A DNA stretch of 64,000 bases from Nitrospirota bacterium (GCA_963840455.1 CAWIYV010000001.1:288001-352000); one strand, 5' to 3'; counted from the first letter of the stretch, positions 9,739-19,847 are shown. Program-made: numbers and translations. The notes: a model not told the origin generated them from the letters alone.

Positions 9739-10968
9739 TCATTGTGCCTTTCCGCACTCTCTGCAGTACTTGCCGAATACCAGCGTCGGTCTATTACAGC
9801 TGCTGCAGGCCTTGTACTGCGCGAACCCGCAAAAGGGGCAGGCCTGTGATCCAGGAGGCAGCTGCTTTCCGCACTGCTGGCACTGGCCTTTTGCGATCCG
9901 CCGCTCCATCAGCTTTTCCCGTGAAAAGAGCTTTTTCTGAAAGATATAGATGACGAACAAAGCCGCAGCGACTGCGAGTGCGATGACGAAATAGTACCAT
10001 ATGGCGACGAGCTTAAGCGACTCCAGCAATTCGATGAGCTTCTTCAGCAGCTTCTTCGGAATGATATCGTAGGCGGTCTCGATGATCTTGAAGAAGATGG
10101 GGATGAACGAAACGACCATAAGGTGCGTGGAGATCAGCGCCTGGATGCCGCGGCCCTTCCTGATGCTTGCATCGTTCCAGGCGTAGAAGATCGCGAAGAG
10201 CGGCAGCAGGAATAGCATCTGCATCCCCAGTCGCTTGATCGGGTACCAGAAGTAAATGCTTCGGAGGTCCGCTCTCAGCCTTTCCCGGTCTGTCTGCTGC
10301 AGGCCCTGCAGTCTTTCCCAGAGCAGCATGACCTTCCCATTCCCGTTGATCTTCAGCCCCAGGGCATCGATCTGGCCGCGCAAAGTGTTCAGGGTGTTTG
10401 TCTTCTCCTGCAGGTCCTTCTTGATCTGATCGACATTGGCCTGCCCTTCCTTCTGCCCGGCGATGGTCTCCAGGAGCGACGTATCGTAGGCCCCTTTCAG
10501 ATCGCCGATCTTTCGCTGTAGGTCCTTTGCTTCGCGGTCGAACTTGCCGCGTTCCTCAAAGACGGCAGCCAGTTCCTTGTCATTCTTGATCTGGTCAAAG
10601 AGATCGAGAAAAGGCGCGCAGACCGGGTGGCGGTCCTTCTTTTTCTCTTCTATCCGATAATAGCTGTTGCTGTACGAGATGATGATGCTTGAGAGGTTGT
10701 CGATCCGGTTCGTGGGATTCCAATCCCTGTTGATGACGATGTCCCTGCAGGTATAGGGAATAGAGTCATCAGGGGCCGGAAGCTGCCGGGTATGTTCATC
10801 CAGGCCATTGAAGACCGAGGTGAGGATGAAGATGTCGAGGAAAAGAATGACGACCAGCGCAGCCTTGCTTATCGGCTGATCATCAAGACGCGTAAGATTC
10901 GTCTTGATCCTGGAAAGCCTGTCCTTTATTATCCTTCCGATCACGTTGAGGCCCTCCTTGAAGAGCAT
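9739..10968 (-). CDS. Membrane protein with periplasmic coiled coil and C-terminal double zinc ribbon
   Basis: Several hydrophobic segments, heptad-like region, terminal CQQC/CPFC/CSSC/CREC. Confidence 0.75.
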   Translation of the reverse strand: MLFKEGLNVIGRIIKDRLSRIKTNLTRLDDQPISKAALVVILFLDIFILTSVFNGLDEHTRQLPAPDDSIPYTCRDIVINRDWNPTNRIDNLSSIIISYSNSYYRIEEKKKDRHPVCAPFLDLFDQIKNDKELAAVFEERGKFDREAKDLQRKIGDLKGAYDTSLLETIAGQKEGQANVDQIKKDLQEKTNTLNTLRGQIDALGLKINGNGKVMLLWERLQGLQQTDRERLRADLRSIYFWYPIKRLGMQMLFLLPLFAIFYAWNDASIRKGRGIQALISTHLMVVSFIPIFFKIIETAYDIIPKKLLKKLIELLESLKLVAIWYYFVIALAVAAALFVIYIFQKKLFSREKLMERRIAKGQCQQCGKQLPPGSQACPFCGFAQYKACSSCNRPTLVFGKYCRECGKAQ

Positions 10969-11041
10969 CCTGTTGTTCCTTACGTTGCGCTACTGTTCCT
11001 TTGCTTGTCGAAATCTGAACAACAGCGTCATCCCAGTCTTT

Positions 11042-11434
11042 TCATGTCTGTTCTTCTTCTTGTCCCCTATCGGCGTTCCCGTCAGAATGAGCGTTCCTGG
11101 CCGCCACGAAGAAGCTGAAGGACAGAAGGACCGAAATACAGGCTAGGGTGACCGCAAGCGACCGGCCCCTCCATAACCCGTCGAACCATCGGTTGAAATC
11201 ATCCGCCAGCACGGCCGCTTTTCCGCCGTACAGCTCCAGATCATGCTGGTATTTCTTGGAGCGCTCGTTCATGGCCGGATAGATGTACTTGCCAGCAACT
11301 TCATACCCCTGCTCTCCATCCGCTTCATCGTCAGCAGCGAAAAAGATCGCCATGGCGCTCCCCAGGCCGACCAGAAGGATCGCGGCGCTGACCAGGAAAA
11401 GACGCGTCTGCTTTTTCGAAAGCTTTTCCCTCAT
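11042..11434 (-). CDS. Hypothetical two-TM membrane protein
   Basis: ORF overlapping the upstream gene by 4 bp; two hydrophobic segments. Confidence 0.7.
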   Translation of the reverse strand: MREKLSKKQTRLFLVSAAILLVGLGSAMAIFFAADDEADGEQGYEVAGKYIYPAMNERSKKYQHDLELYGGKAAVLADDFNRWFDGLWRGRSLAVTLACISVLLSFSFFVAARNAHSDGNADRGQEEEQT

Positions 11435-11913
11435 GCGTTGTCCTTTTTCCCGTGCGCCGGTACTTTCTTTCTCACATACACGACCTTCTCGACAGACGCG
11501 TGCACCGTCCCCTGCTCGTCAACCAGGTCCACATGATAGACCCGGTCGACATGCCGGACCTGTTCCAGTTCCTGCCTGATCGTGTCAAGCTCTGCCCCGT
11601 CGAGCTGGAACCGTGCGAAGAGGGCCGTCCGCCCCGGCTTCTTGAAGTCGATGCACGCCGAGCGGTCCCAGACCACGTAGTCGGACCCCAGGTTCTTGAT
11701 CAGCATGAGCATGTAGACCGGGTCCACCGCTGCGTACATGCTGCCGCCGAAGATGGTGCCCACGACGTTCCGGGTCTGCCAGGACAGCGGGAGCCGGACC
11801 ACGACCTCGCGGAAGTCATGGGAGATGTAGGTGATGCGCGCGCCCGTGGAGCAGTAGGCGGGGAAGAGGTTGAACCCCCAGCGCAGGAACTTTGACTTTA
11901 TAGATTCAGGCAT
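11431..11913 (-). CDS. Hot-dog fold thioesterase-like protein (DUF4442/YiiD-like)
   Basis: FNLFPAY..TG, TRNVVGTIFGGSMYAAVDP, IDFKKPG. Confidence 0.85.
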   Translation of the reverse strand: MPESIKSKFLRWGFNLFPAYCSTGARITYISHDFREVVVRLPLSWQTRNVVGTIFGGSMYAAVDPVYMLMLIKNLGSDYVVWDRSACIDFKKPGRTALFARFQLDGAELDTIRQELEQVRHVDRVYHVDLVDEQGTVHASVEKVVYVRKKVPAHGKKDNA

Positions 11914-11934
11914 CGAGGTAAGCTCCGAACGCGA

Positions 11935-12834
11935 TCATTCCATCCCGACCATCCGCTTGGCCGAGATCACCGTGTTCTTCAGCACGATGGCAATGGTCAC
12001 GGGCCCCACGCCTCCGGGCACCGGGGTGATGAGCGACGCCTTCTTTGAGGCGCTGTCGAAGTCCACGTCGCCGACGACGCGGCCGTCCGGCAGGACATTG
12101 ATGCCGACGTCAACCACCACGCTCCCCTCGCTCACCATGTCGCCGGTGATGAGCCCCGCCCTGCCCGTGGCCGTGCAGATGATGTCTGCCTGGCGCGTCT
12201 CTGCCGCCAGGTCCTTCGTTTCCCGGTGGCAGACCGTGACCGTCGCCTCCTTGACCAGCAGCATCATGGCGAGCGGCTTGCCGACCGCGAGGCTCTTGCC
12301 CACGACCACGGCCTTCTTCCCCCTGGGGTCGATGCTGTAATGCTCCAGGAGCCGCATGACGCCGTAGGGAGTGCACGGCAGGAAGGTCGACTTTGCCGCA
12401 AGCGTGAAGCCAGGCTCGAAGAGCTGGGTCGTTGACTCGTCCGCCGAGAGGCGGCCCACGGAGATGGAACCCTGGCCGTCCACGTCCTTTTCCGGCGCGA
12501 TGGCGTTCATGACCTTGCGCGTGTCGATGTGGCGGGGCAGCGGCAGGAAGATGAGGATGCCATTGACCCGTTCGTCGCTGTTCAGGTTCTTGACCAGGTT
12601 CAGGATCTCGTTCAGCGACACCGACGACGGCAGGGTGTGATTATAGATGTCGATCCCGGCCCGGACCGCGGCGGCTTTCGTCGCCTGGCAGTAGAGTGAC
12701 GAGGACTTGTCCTCGCCCGCGAGCACCAGCGCGAGCCCGGCCCTGATGCCGTGTTTCGCGAGCCGGTCCGTTTCTTCCTTGACGGCCCCGATGATCTTCG
12801 CAGCAAGTTCCGTTCCCTTCATCAAGCGCGCCAT
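11935..12834 (-). CDS. folD: FolD-family methylenetetrahydrofolate dehydrogenase (divergent active site)
   Basis: KDVDG, PCTP, VVDVGIN, ITPVPGGVGPVT; GGAGG RBS before ATG 12834. Confidence 0.88.
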   Translation of the reverse strand: MARLMKGTELAAKIIGAVKEETDRLAKHGIRAGLALVLAGEDKSSSLYCQATKAAAVRAGIDIYNHTLPSSVSLNEILNLVKNLNSDERVNGILIFLPLPRHIDTRKVMNAIAPEKDVDGQGSISVGRLSADESTTQLFEPGFTLAAKSTFLPCTPYGVMRLLEHYSIDPRGKKAVVVGKSLAVGKPLAMMLLVKEATVTVCHRETKDLAAETRQADIICTATGRAGLITGDMVSEGSVVVDVGINVLPDGRVVGDVDFDSASKKASLITPVPGGVGPVTIAIVLKNTVISAKRMVGME

Positions 12835-12953
12835 CGCCCCCTCCTGTCGCATGGTATCGAGTGCGTATGATACCATGACCGCGGCCGGGACACAACGACC
12901 CCGGCCAATTTTCATTTGATTTTCCAGATGGTTTATGATAATTTAACGCCTCA

Positions 12954-14147
12954 ATGATCACCAGCGACATCATCAAGGACGCACAGTCCTTCCTCATGAA
13001 CACCTACAGCCGCCAGCCCCTGGTGCTCGTAAAGGGCCGCGGCACGACGGTGTACGACTCCGACGGACGGGAGTACCTCGACTTCGTCGCCGGCGTGGCG
13101 GTGAACAACCTCGGCCATTGCCATCCCAAGGTCGTCGTGGCGCTCCAGAAGCAGGCGCAGCGGCTCATGCACGTCTCGAACCACTTCCACATCGAGGCGC
13201 AGGTCGCCCTCGGGAAGGAACTGGTGAGGAACTCCTTTGCCGACAAGGCCTTCTTCTGCAATTCCGGCACCGAGGCCATCGAGGCCGCCATCAAGCTCAG
13301 CCGCCGGTACAGCCGCGAAATCATTAAAAAGGACCGGTTCGAGGTCATCACCATGTTCGGTTCCTTCCACGGCCGGACCTACGGGGCGGTGTCTGCCACG
13401 GCGCAGGAGAAGTTCCACCAGGGGTTCGAGCCCATGGTCCCCGGTTTCCGGTACGTGCCGTTCAACGACAGCAAAGCCGTCGAGGACGCGGTCACCGACA
13501 AGACCTGCGCCATCCTCGTGGAACCGTTGCAGGGCGAAGGCGGCGTGAAGGTCCCTTCTCCGGGATATTTAAAGGCTCTCCGAAAGATCTGCGACGAGCG
13601 CCAGCTGCTCCTCGTGCTGGACGAGATCCAGACCGGCATGGGCCGCACCGGCAGGCTCTTCGCCTATGAGCACGAGGGCATAACGCCCGACATCATGGCG
13701 CTTGCCAAGGGCCTCGGCTCGGGCATGCCCGTCGGCGCGCTGCTGGCCACGGACAAGGCCAGCCAGGCGTTCGTCCCCGGCACGCACGGGTCCACCTTCG
13801 GCGGCAACCCCCTGGCCTGCGCCGCGGGGCTGGCGTCCCTCGAAGCGCTGCTCGAGGACAATATCATCATCCAGAACGTCGAGGCGCTGGGAAAGCATTT
13901 CATGGACGGCCTGCGGTCGCTCAAGGCAAAATATCCCTTTATCAAGGATGTTCGGGGACAGGGCCTCCTCATCGGCATGGAGCTGGACTTTGAAGGCAAG
14001 GAGATCGTGACCGAATGCCTCAAGCAGGGCTTCCTCATCAACTGCACCGTGAACACCGTGCTGCGGTTCATGCCCCCGCTCATCATCTCTGAAGAGGAGA
14101 TCGACCAGCTCATCGACGCGCTGGACGGGATATTCCAGAAGCGCTGA
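12954..14147 (+). CDS. argD: Acetylornithine aminotransferase
   Basis: NSGTEA, SFHGRT, DEIQTGMGRTG, AKGLG, HGSTFGGNP; adjacent to argF. Confidence 0.93.
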   Translation: MITSDIIKDAQSFLMNTYSRQPLVLVKGRGTTVYDSDGREYLDFVAGVAVNNLGHCHPKVVVALQKQAQRLMHVSNHFHIEAQVALGKELVRNSFADKAFFCNSGTEAIEAAIKLSRRYSREIIKKDRFEVITMFGSFHGRTYGAVSATAQEKFHQGFEPMVPGFRYVPFNDSKAVEDAVTDKTCAILVEPLQGEGGVKVPSPGYLKALRKICDERQLLLVLDEIQTGMGRTGRLFAYEHEGITPDIMALAKGLGSGMPVGALLATDKASQAFVPGTHGSTFGGNPLACAAGLASLEALLEDNIIIQNVEALGKHFMDGLRSLKAKYPFIKDVRGQGLLIGMELDFEGKEIVTECLKQGFLINCTVNTVLRFMPPLIISEEEIDQLIDALDGIFQKR

Positions 14148-14281
14148 TGAGCAAGAAGAACGCTCGGTATTTTCAAGGCGGCTTGAAAAAGCCGCCTGTT
14201 CCTTTTAGGACACGATGTGTCCATATCCGTCATTCGTGACATTCGTCCCATTCGTGTTCAATGCCTGTTCCTGGAGACCGT

Positions 14282-15202
14282 ATGAAAAAAGACCTTCTGA
14301 CCGTAAATGACCTCACCACCGAGGAGATCGAACAGGTCCTCGAACGCTCCGCCTGGCTCAAGAAGGCGCAGAAGGACGGCATCGTTCACCATCCGCTCAG
14401 GGGCAAGTCCCTCGGCATGATCTTCGAAAAATCCTCGACGCGGACGCGGGTCTCCTTCGAGGTGGGCATGTACCAGCTGGGAGGCCAGGCCCTCTTCCTC
14501 TCCCCGGCAGACCTCCAGATGGGCCGGGGCGAACTGGTCTCGGACACGGCAAAGACCCTGTCCCGGTATCTCGACGGCATCATGATCCGCACCTTCGCGC
14601 AGTCGATGGTGGAAGAGCTGGCACAGCACGCCACGATCCCGGTGATCAACGGGCTCACCGATCTGCACCATCCCTGCCAGGCGCTTGCCGACCTGTTCAC
14701 GGTCCTGGAGCACCGCGGGGCGCTCAAAGGCCTTACGTTCTGTTATATCGGCGACGGCAACAACATGGCCCACTCGCTCATCGAAGCCTGCGTCAAGGTG
14801 GGGATGCACGTTTCCCTTGCCTGCCCGGCCGGCTATGCGCCTGATGCCGGGATCATGCGCGAGGCAAAGCAGGTGGCCAAGCGGACCGGCGCCGATCTGG
14901 GCCTGACCGATGATCCGAAAAAGGCGGTCAAGGACGCCGATGTCGTCTATACCGACGTCTGGGCCAGCATGGGCCAGGAAAAGGAGCATGGCCTGCGCGT
15001 CAAGGCGTTCGTCGGCTACCAGATCGACGAGAAGCTCATGAAGCTGGCGAGCCCCAAGGCCCTTGTCATGCACTGCCTTCCCGCCCACCGCGGCGAGGAG
15101 ATCAGCGCAGCGGTCATCGACGGCCCGCAGTCCGTCGTCTTCGACCAGGCCGAGAACCGTCTCCACACCCAGAAAGCGATCATGGAGATGCTGATGGGAT
15201 GA
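14282..15202 (+). CDS. argF: Ornithine carbamoyltransferase
   Basis: STRTR, HPCQ, SMGQE, HCLPA. Confidence 0.97.
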   Translation: MKKDLLTVNDLTTEEIEQVLERSAWLKKAQKDGIVHHPLRGKSLGMIFEKSSTRTRVSFEVGMYQLGGQALFLSPADLQMGRGELVSDTAKTLSRYLDGIMIRTFAQSMVEELAQHATIPVINGLTDLHHPCQALADLFTVLEHRGALKGLTFCYIGDGNNMAHSLIEACVKVGMHVSLACPAGYAPDAGIMREAKQVAKRTGADLGLTDDPKKAVKDADVVYTDVWASMGQEKEHGLRVKAFVGYQIDEKLMKLASPKALVMHCLPAHRGEEISAAVIDGPQSVVFDQAENRLHTQKAIMEMLMG

Positions 15203-15352
15203 GAGCGGCCAATGGTCCCCGCCGCCCGCGTTCCCTTGCCTTTCGCACCCTTCCCCTGCCATAATAATTTGAGAACAATAAATCTCAAATTTGAATATCA
15301 CGCTGACAAGCCTCCCCGAATATGCTATAAAAAACCATATTCCAACGAATCG

Positions 15353-15466
15353 TGAATCCAGGAGCGAGCGCAAGTCCGCGGTTTGAAGCGGGATGAGCAA
15401 GCGATCAGGATAACGACCAACCTTGCGGATCGAAGCTCTCTGCAGCACATCGGTGGAGAGCTTCAA
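15353..15466. repeat. Degenerate copy of ~116-bp double-hairpin dispersed element
   Basis: tgaatccaggagcgagcgca...ggatcga...gagcttcaa is colinear with the copies at 39112-39227 and 42181-42297. Confidence 0.65.
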
Positions 15467-15485
15467 CACACGGGGAGGTGTGCGC

Positions 15486-16208
15486 ATGAAGCCATTGATC
15501 GGCATCACCATGAACCTCGAGGAGCGGGCCGCGCGCTACCTGAACATCCTCGACCAGGACTATGGAAAGGCCGTCCTGCAGGCGGGAGGCATCCCGGTCC
15601 CGGTCCTGGGGATCAAGCAATCCATTCCCGACATCATGCGGCAGCTCGATGGTTTTCTGTTCACCGGCGGCGATGATATCCATCCCCGGCTTTACCATGA
15701 GAGGCCCCTCGCCGGCGCGAAGCTCATGCTGACAACGGACAACCGCGTGAAGTTCGAGATCGATCTCTTCAAGGCCGCGGTGAAAGCAAGGAAACCGGTG
15801 CTCGCCGTCTGCTACGGCGCCCAGCTCGTGAACGTGGCGCTCGGCGGAAAGCTGTACCAGGACATCGCGCTCCAGGTGCCGAAGGCCATCAGGCATGGCG
15901 CTGCGAAGGCCGGCGAGAAGGTGTTCCATCGGGTCAGCATCTTCGAGGGCACGAGGCTCTGCAGGATCATGGGCAATTACGCGACCGGCGACTGCAGTAT
16001 CCGCGTCCGGAGCGCCCATCACCAGAGCATCAAGAACCCCGGCAAGGGCCTCAGGCTCTCCGCGGTATCCCCGGACGGCGTCTTCGAAGCATTGGAATCA
16101 CGGGGCAAGAACTACCTGGTCGCCGTGCAATGGCACCCCGAGAAGACCCTGACGGACGGTCCATCGCAGCTGCTCTTCGAGTCCCTCATCCATGCATCAA
16201 GGAGATAG
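15486..16208 (+). CDS. Gamma-glutamyl-gamma-aminobutyrate hydrolase family (peptidase C26, PuuD-like)
   Basis: KPLIGIT, TGGDDIHP, AVCYGAQ nucleophile, SAHHQ, VQWHPE. Confidence 0.9.
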   Translation: MKPLIGITMNLEERAARYLNILDQDYGKAVLQAGGIPVPVLGIKQSIPDIMRQLDGFLFTGGDDIHPRLYHERPLAGAKLMLTTDNRVKFEIDLFKAAVKARKPVLAVCYGAQLVNVALGGKLYQDIALQVPKAIRHGAAKAGEKVFHRVSIFEGTRLCRIMGNYATGDCSIRVRSAHHQSIKNPGKGLRLSAVSPDGVFEALESRGKNYLVAVQWHPEKTLTDGPSQLLFESLIHASRR

Positions 16209-16217
16209 CACCGACCG

Positions 16218-17813
16218 ATGACCATCCGTCAACGGCATCGCACGCTGCTGGTCATTATCGTCGGCATACTCGTTCTTTCGTGCCTTCCCGGCTGCGACCG
16301 TTCCGGCAGCAAGCTTCCGGGCAATCTTTATCTCCGGCTCTCTGCGAACCCCACCACCCTCGATCCCGCGCTCATCACCGACGTCACCGGCGGGCTGATC
16401 GCCGCGAAGCTCTTCAACGGCCTGGTCCGGTTCAACGAACGGCTCGAGATCGTTCCAGACCTTGCCGGGTCCTGGAAGGTCTCAAGCGACCATCGCACCT
16501 ATACCTTCACGCTCAGACGAGGATTCACCTTCAGCAACGGCCGTGAGGTGACGGCGCGCGATGTTCAATATTCCTTCGAACGCGTGCTCGACCCGGGGAC
16601 CAAAGCGCCCGTTACCTGGGTATTGGACCGCATCGAGGGCGCGACGGAGGTCATCGCCGGACGGGCTTCGCACGCCGCAGGCATCCGCGTCATCGACGAC
16701 CATACACTTTCCCTCACCCTGGCACGGCCCTTTGGCCCCTTCCTCTCCCTCCTCGGCATGTCCACGGCGTATGTCGTTCCCCGCGAAGAGGTCGCCCGGC
16801 TCGGTGCGGACTTCGGGAGCCATCCTTCGGGAAGCGGTCCCTATACGCTGACGGAATGGAAGCACGGCCAGAGCCTCGCCCTCGCCGCCCGGAGCGACTA
16901 TTTCGGGGGCCGCCCCCGACTGGAGGGGATCATCTACCGGGTCATCCCCGAAGACCTCACCGCGGTCATGGAGTTCGAAACCGGCGGGCTTGATGCGCTC
17001 CTCATCCCGGCGTCCGAATACCGGCGCTATACCACGGACCCGAAGTGGCGCGGCCGGATCTTCGGGAAACCAGGGCTCAACTGCTACTACCTGGGCCTCA
17101 ATTGCAGCCGTCCGCCCTTCAACGACGTGAAGGTCCGGCAAGCCGTGAACATGGCCATCGACCGGAAACGCATCCTCGAGACGGTGTACGAGAACCGGGG
17201 CGTGCTCGCCGCGGGCCCGGTCCCGCCGCCCCTGTGGAAGTTCGGCCTGGGGCCGAGGGACACCGACGGTTACCGCTATGATCCTGAAGAAGCGAGACAA
17301 CGGGTGCGCGAAGCGGGGCTGGAGGGAACACGGATCAGGGTCTTCATCTCTGCCGAAGCTGAGGTCCTCGACCTTCTGGAGGTCATCCAGCAGTATCTGT
17401 CCCGTGCGGGCCTCAAGGCGGACATCGTGCAACTGGACTGGAGCGCCTACAAGGAAGCGCTGAACAGGGGAGACGCCGATGCGTTCTGGCTTTCCTGGTG
17501 GGCCGACTACCCGGACCCGGAGAACTTCTTCTACCCTATGTTCCATTCTGCGAACAGGGGGCCGGCCGGCAACAGGACCTGGTTCGTCGACCGGGCCGTT
17601 GACCGCCTGATCAAAGAGGCCCAGTCGACCGTTGACGAACGGGACCGTTACCGGCTGTACCGGCAGGCAGACGAACGCATCGTTCAGGAGGCGCCCTGGG
17701 TCTTCATGTGGCATCGTTCCGACTTTTTCGTCGTGCAGCCCCGGGTCCAGGACTTCCGGATCTATCCCATCTACTCGGTCGACAAGGGAATGGACATCTC
17801 CCTGAAACAATAA
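16218..17813 (+). CDS. Peptide/nickel ABC transporter substrate-binding lipoprotein (family 5)
   Basis: Lipobox-like LPGC, TLDPA, PDLAGSW, FSNG..VTARDV.YSFER, GSGPY, WWADYPDP. Confidence 0.92.
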   Translation: MTIRQRHRTLLVIIVGILVLSCLPGCDRSGSKLPGNLYLRLSANPTTLDPALITDVTGGLIAAKLFNGLVRFNERLEIVPDLAGSWKVSSDHRTYTFTLRRGFTFSNGREVTARDVQYSFERVLDPGTKAPVTWVLDRIEGATEVIAGRASHAAGIRVIDDHTLSLTLARPFGPFLSLLGMSTAYVVPREEVARLGADFGSHPSGSGPYTLTEWKHGQSLALAARSDYFGGRPRLEGIIYRVIPEDLTAVMEFETGGLDALLIPASEYRRYTTDPKWRGRIFGKPGLNCYYLGLNCSRPPFNDVKVRQAVNMAIDRKRILETVYENRGVLAAGPVPPPLWKFGLGPRDTDGYRYDPEEARQRVREAGLEGTRIRVFISAEAEVLDLLEVIQQYLSRAGLKADIVQLDWSAYKEALNRGDADAFWLSWWADYPDPENFFYPMFHSANRGPAGNRTWFVDRAVDRLIKEAQSTVDERDRYRLYRQADERIVQEAPWVFMWHRSDFFVVQPRVQDFRIYPIYSVDKGMDISLKQ

Positions 17814-17952
17814 CGCCGGGACCGACCTGTTCACAGGTCACACCCCGGCGATCAAATTGATCCTTGTCCTCAGTCCTCAATCTCCTGACTTTTCCCCGTG
17901 TCCTCCCGTTTACGCGTCACGTGTCGGATTTGTCCCCGCTCCCGTCTCTCTG

Positions 17953-18336
17953 CTATCCCTTCCAGGGCTGCAAGGCCTTAGCGACTTTCACTTTCAACTC
18001 CTGACCGAACTCCCTGATGCCGTGCGCCTCACGGGCATGGACCGCCACCCCGTCGACGATCAGATCCTCGGTCTGGGCGATATACTTCCATCCGCATCCC
18101 TTCCCAAGGTCGCAGTTGTAAACCTTCAGCATGAGATCCTCCGCCGCCTTTGCCTCCACCGGAGAAGGATTGCTGAATGATCTCTTGATCTTCGCCACCA
18201 TGTCGCTGTCCAGCGACTGCCGGCCATGCACGTCCCTCAGATGGACGGCCACCACATCAGCAAGCAATTCATCGGTCTTGGCAATGTGTTTCCACGAACA
18301 CTTGTTTCCCAGACTGCTGCATTTGAACTCTCTCAT
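17953..18336 (-). CDS. Tandem DUF1059-domain protein
   Basis: Two repeats of CxxxGxxCxWK.IA.TxxL....VAVHxRxxHG. Confidence 0.8.
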   Translation of the reverse strand: MREFKCSSLGNKCSWKHIAKTDELLADVVAVHLRDVHGRQSLDSDMVAKIKRSFSNPSPVEAKAAEDLMLKVYNCDLGKGCGWKYIAQTEDLIVDGVAVHAREAHGIREFGQELKVKVAKALQPWKG

Positions 18337-18521
18337 GACCTGCCCTCCTTTTCCCTTTTTGCTCCCGTCTTGCTTTAAGTATAGCACACTTTATTAATCA
18401 GGATGGATACCGTCTTGATATAGGGCAGGAACCGCAGGGGAGGCTATGGCATCGATCACGATGGAAAAGGGAATCGTGTTCAGCGGAAGATCTTGCGGGT
18501 AATGCGGGGGCCGGCACGGGT

Positions 18522-18552
18522 AAAGAAAAAGCCGGGGCGGGATTGCCCCGGC
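18522..18552 (-). terminator. Intrinsic terminator after ccsA
   Basis: gccggggc/gccccggc stem followed by a T-rich run on the minus strand. Confidence 0.6.
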
Positions 18553-18585
18553 GATCATATGTTCATTGTCTGTTCGAAACGATCC

Positions 18586-19833
18586 CTAGTTCATCCCGCC
18601 GTAGGAATGGAGGCCGGACAGGACCAGGTTCACACCGAGGTAGGTGAAGATCACGGCCAGGAAGCCCACTGCCGAGATGACCGCCATCTGGGTTCCCTTC
18701 CACCCGCGTACGTAGCGTGCATGGAGGTAAATGGCGTAGACGAACCAGGTGATGAGCGACCAGGTCTCCTTCGGGTCCCAGCTCCAGTAGGTTCCCCAGG
18801 CGCTGTTGGCCCACACGGCGCCGGTAATGATGCCGCCGGTGAGGAGCGGCCACCCGATGGCGATCATCCGGTAGGTGACGTCGTCGAGAATATCCTGGCC
18901 GGGGACGTGCTGCTTCAGGACCCGCTTGAGCGACATGCCCTTCGACCATACGAACCAGAACAGAACGGCAACGAGGGCCCAGGAAATGAGCACCGAGAAG
19001 AGCGACTTGCTCAGGAACGATGCCTCGAAGAGGTGCTGCTTCATCGATTCGCCCGGGGCGATGGAGTGGGTCATGTTCAGGTAGATGATGTCGAAGCCCA
19101 TGGAGACCATGATGCCGATGGCCAGGGTGACGCAGAAGGACCAGAACAGGTAGACCTGCGGCTTGTTCCTGGCCCCGCGCATGACGAGATAGAGGAACCA
19201 GGCGAGGATCAGGACGCCGAGCCCCAACCAGAAGACCGTCTTCATCCGCTCCCCGGCGGCGGCCATGGCGTGACCGACCGGGACGAGCACGGCGATAACG
19301 CCCATGCCGTATCCCAGGTCACGGACCGGCCCCCGGTCCTCCATGTCGATCAGCAGGAAGACCATGCTCACCGCGAAGGCAACGCCGAAGGCGGCATAGC
19401 CCAGGAAGCTGATCAGCACATGATAGAACAGCCAGTTGCTCTTGAGCGCCGGTACGAGCGGCGAGATATCGGTGCTGATGCCGGCAAAGTTGATGAATGC
19501 CAGCGCCAGGAAGGCCACCGGCATGACAAAGGCGCCGAAGGCCCGGGTCTTGTACTTCCACTCGACGATGACATAGATGAGCACCGTGCTCCAGGTGAAA
19601 AAGACCAGCGACTCGTAGAGGTTGGACAGCGGCACCCGGCCGATCCCCATCTGGTAGGACTCGGCCCAGCGCATCCCCAGGGCGATGGTCTGAAGCACGA
19701 GGCCGGCATAGGTGACAAACGAGGCTGCCTTGCCGACACCCTCGATCCTGAACGCCAGATAGCTGATATAGAGCACCATGGCGACAAGGTATGCGATCGT
19801 TGCGAACGTGAAAAGCTGGGGGCTGTCCATCAT
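18586..19833 (-). CDS. ccsA: System II cytochrome c biogenesis heme-handling protein (CcsA/ResC)
   Basis: WANSAWGTYWSWDPKETW (WWD domain), flanking His residues, GLHSY. Confidence 0.95.
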   Translation of the reverse strand: MMDSPQLFTFATIAYLVAMVLYISYLAFRIEGVGKAASFVTYAGLVLQTIALGMRWAESYQMGIGRVPLSNLYESLVFFTWSTVLIYVIVEWKYKTRAFGAFVMPVAFLALAFINFAGISTDISPLVPALKSNWLFYHVLISFLGYAAFGVAFAVSMVFLLIDMEDRGPVRDLGYGMGVIAVLVPVGHAMAAAGERMKTVFWLGLGVLILAWFLYLVMRGARNKPQVYLFWSFCVTLAIGIMVSMGFDIIYLNMTHSIAPGESMKQHLFEASFLSKSLFSVLISWALVAVLFWFVWSKGMSLKRVLKQHVPGQDILDDVTYRMIAIGWPLLTGGIITGAVWANSAWGTYWSWDPKETWSLITWFVYAIYLHARYVRGWKGTQMAVISAVGFLAVIFTYLGVNLVLSGLHSYGGMN

Positions 19834-19847
19834 TTCCTCCGTAAGAA

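Noticed and set aside
9436-9849. 137-aa plus-strand ORF between VIT1 and the zinc-ribbon gene
   Set aside because: It overlaps both neighbours and has no motif; at most a remnant.
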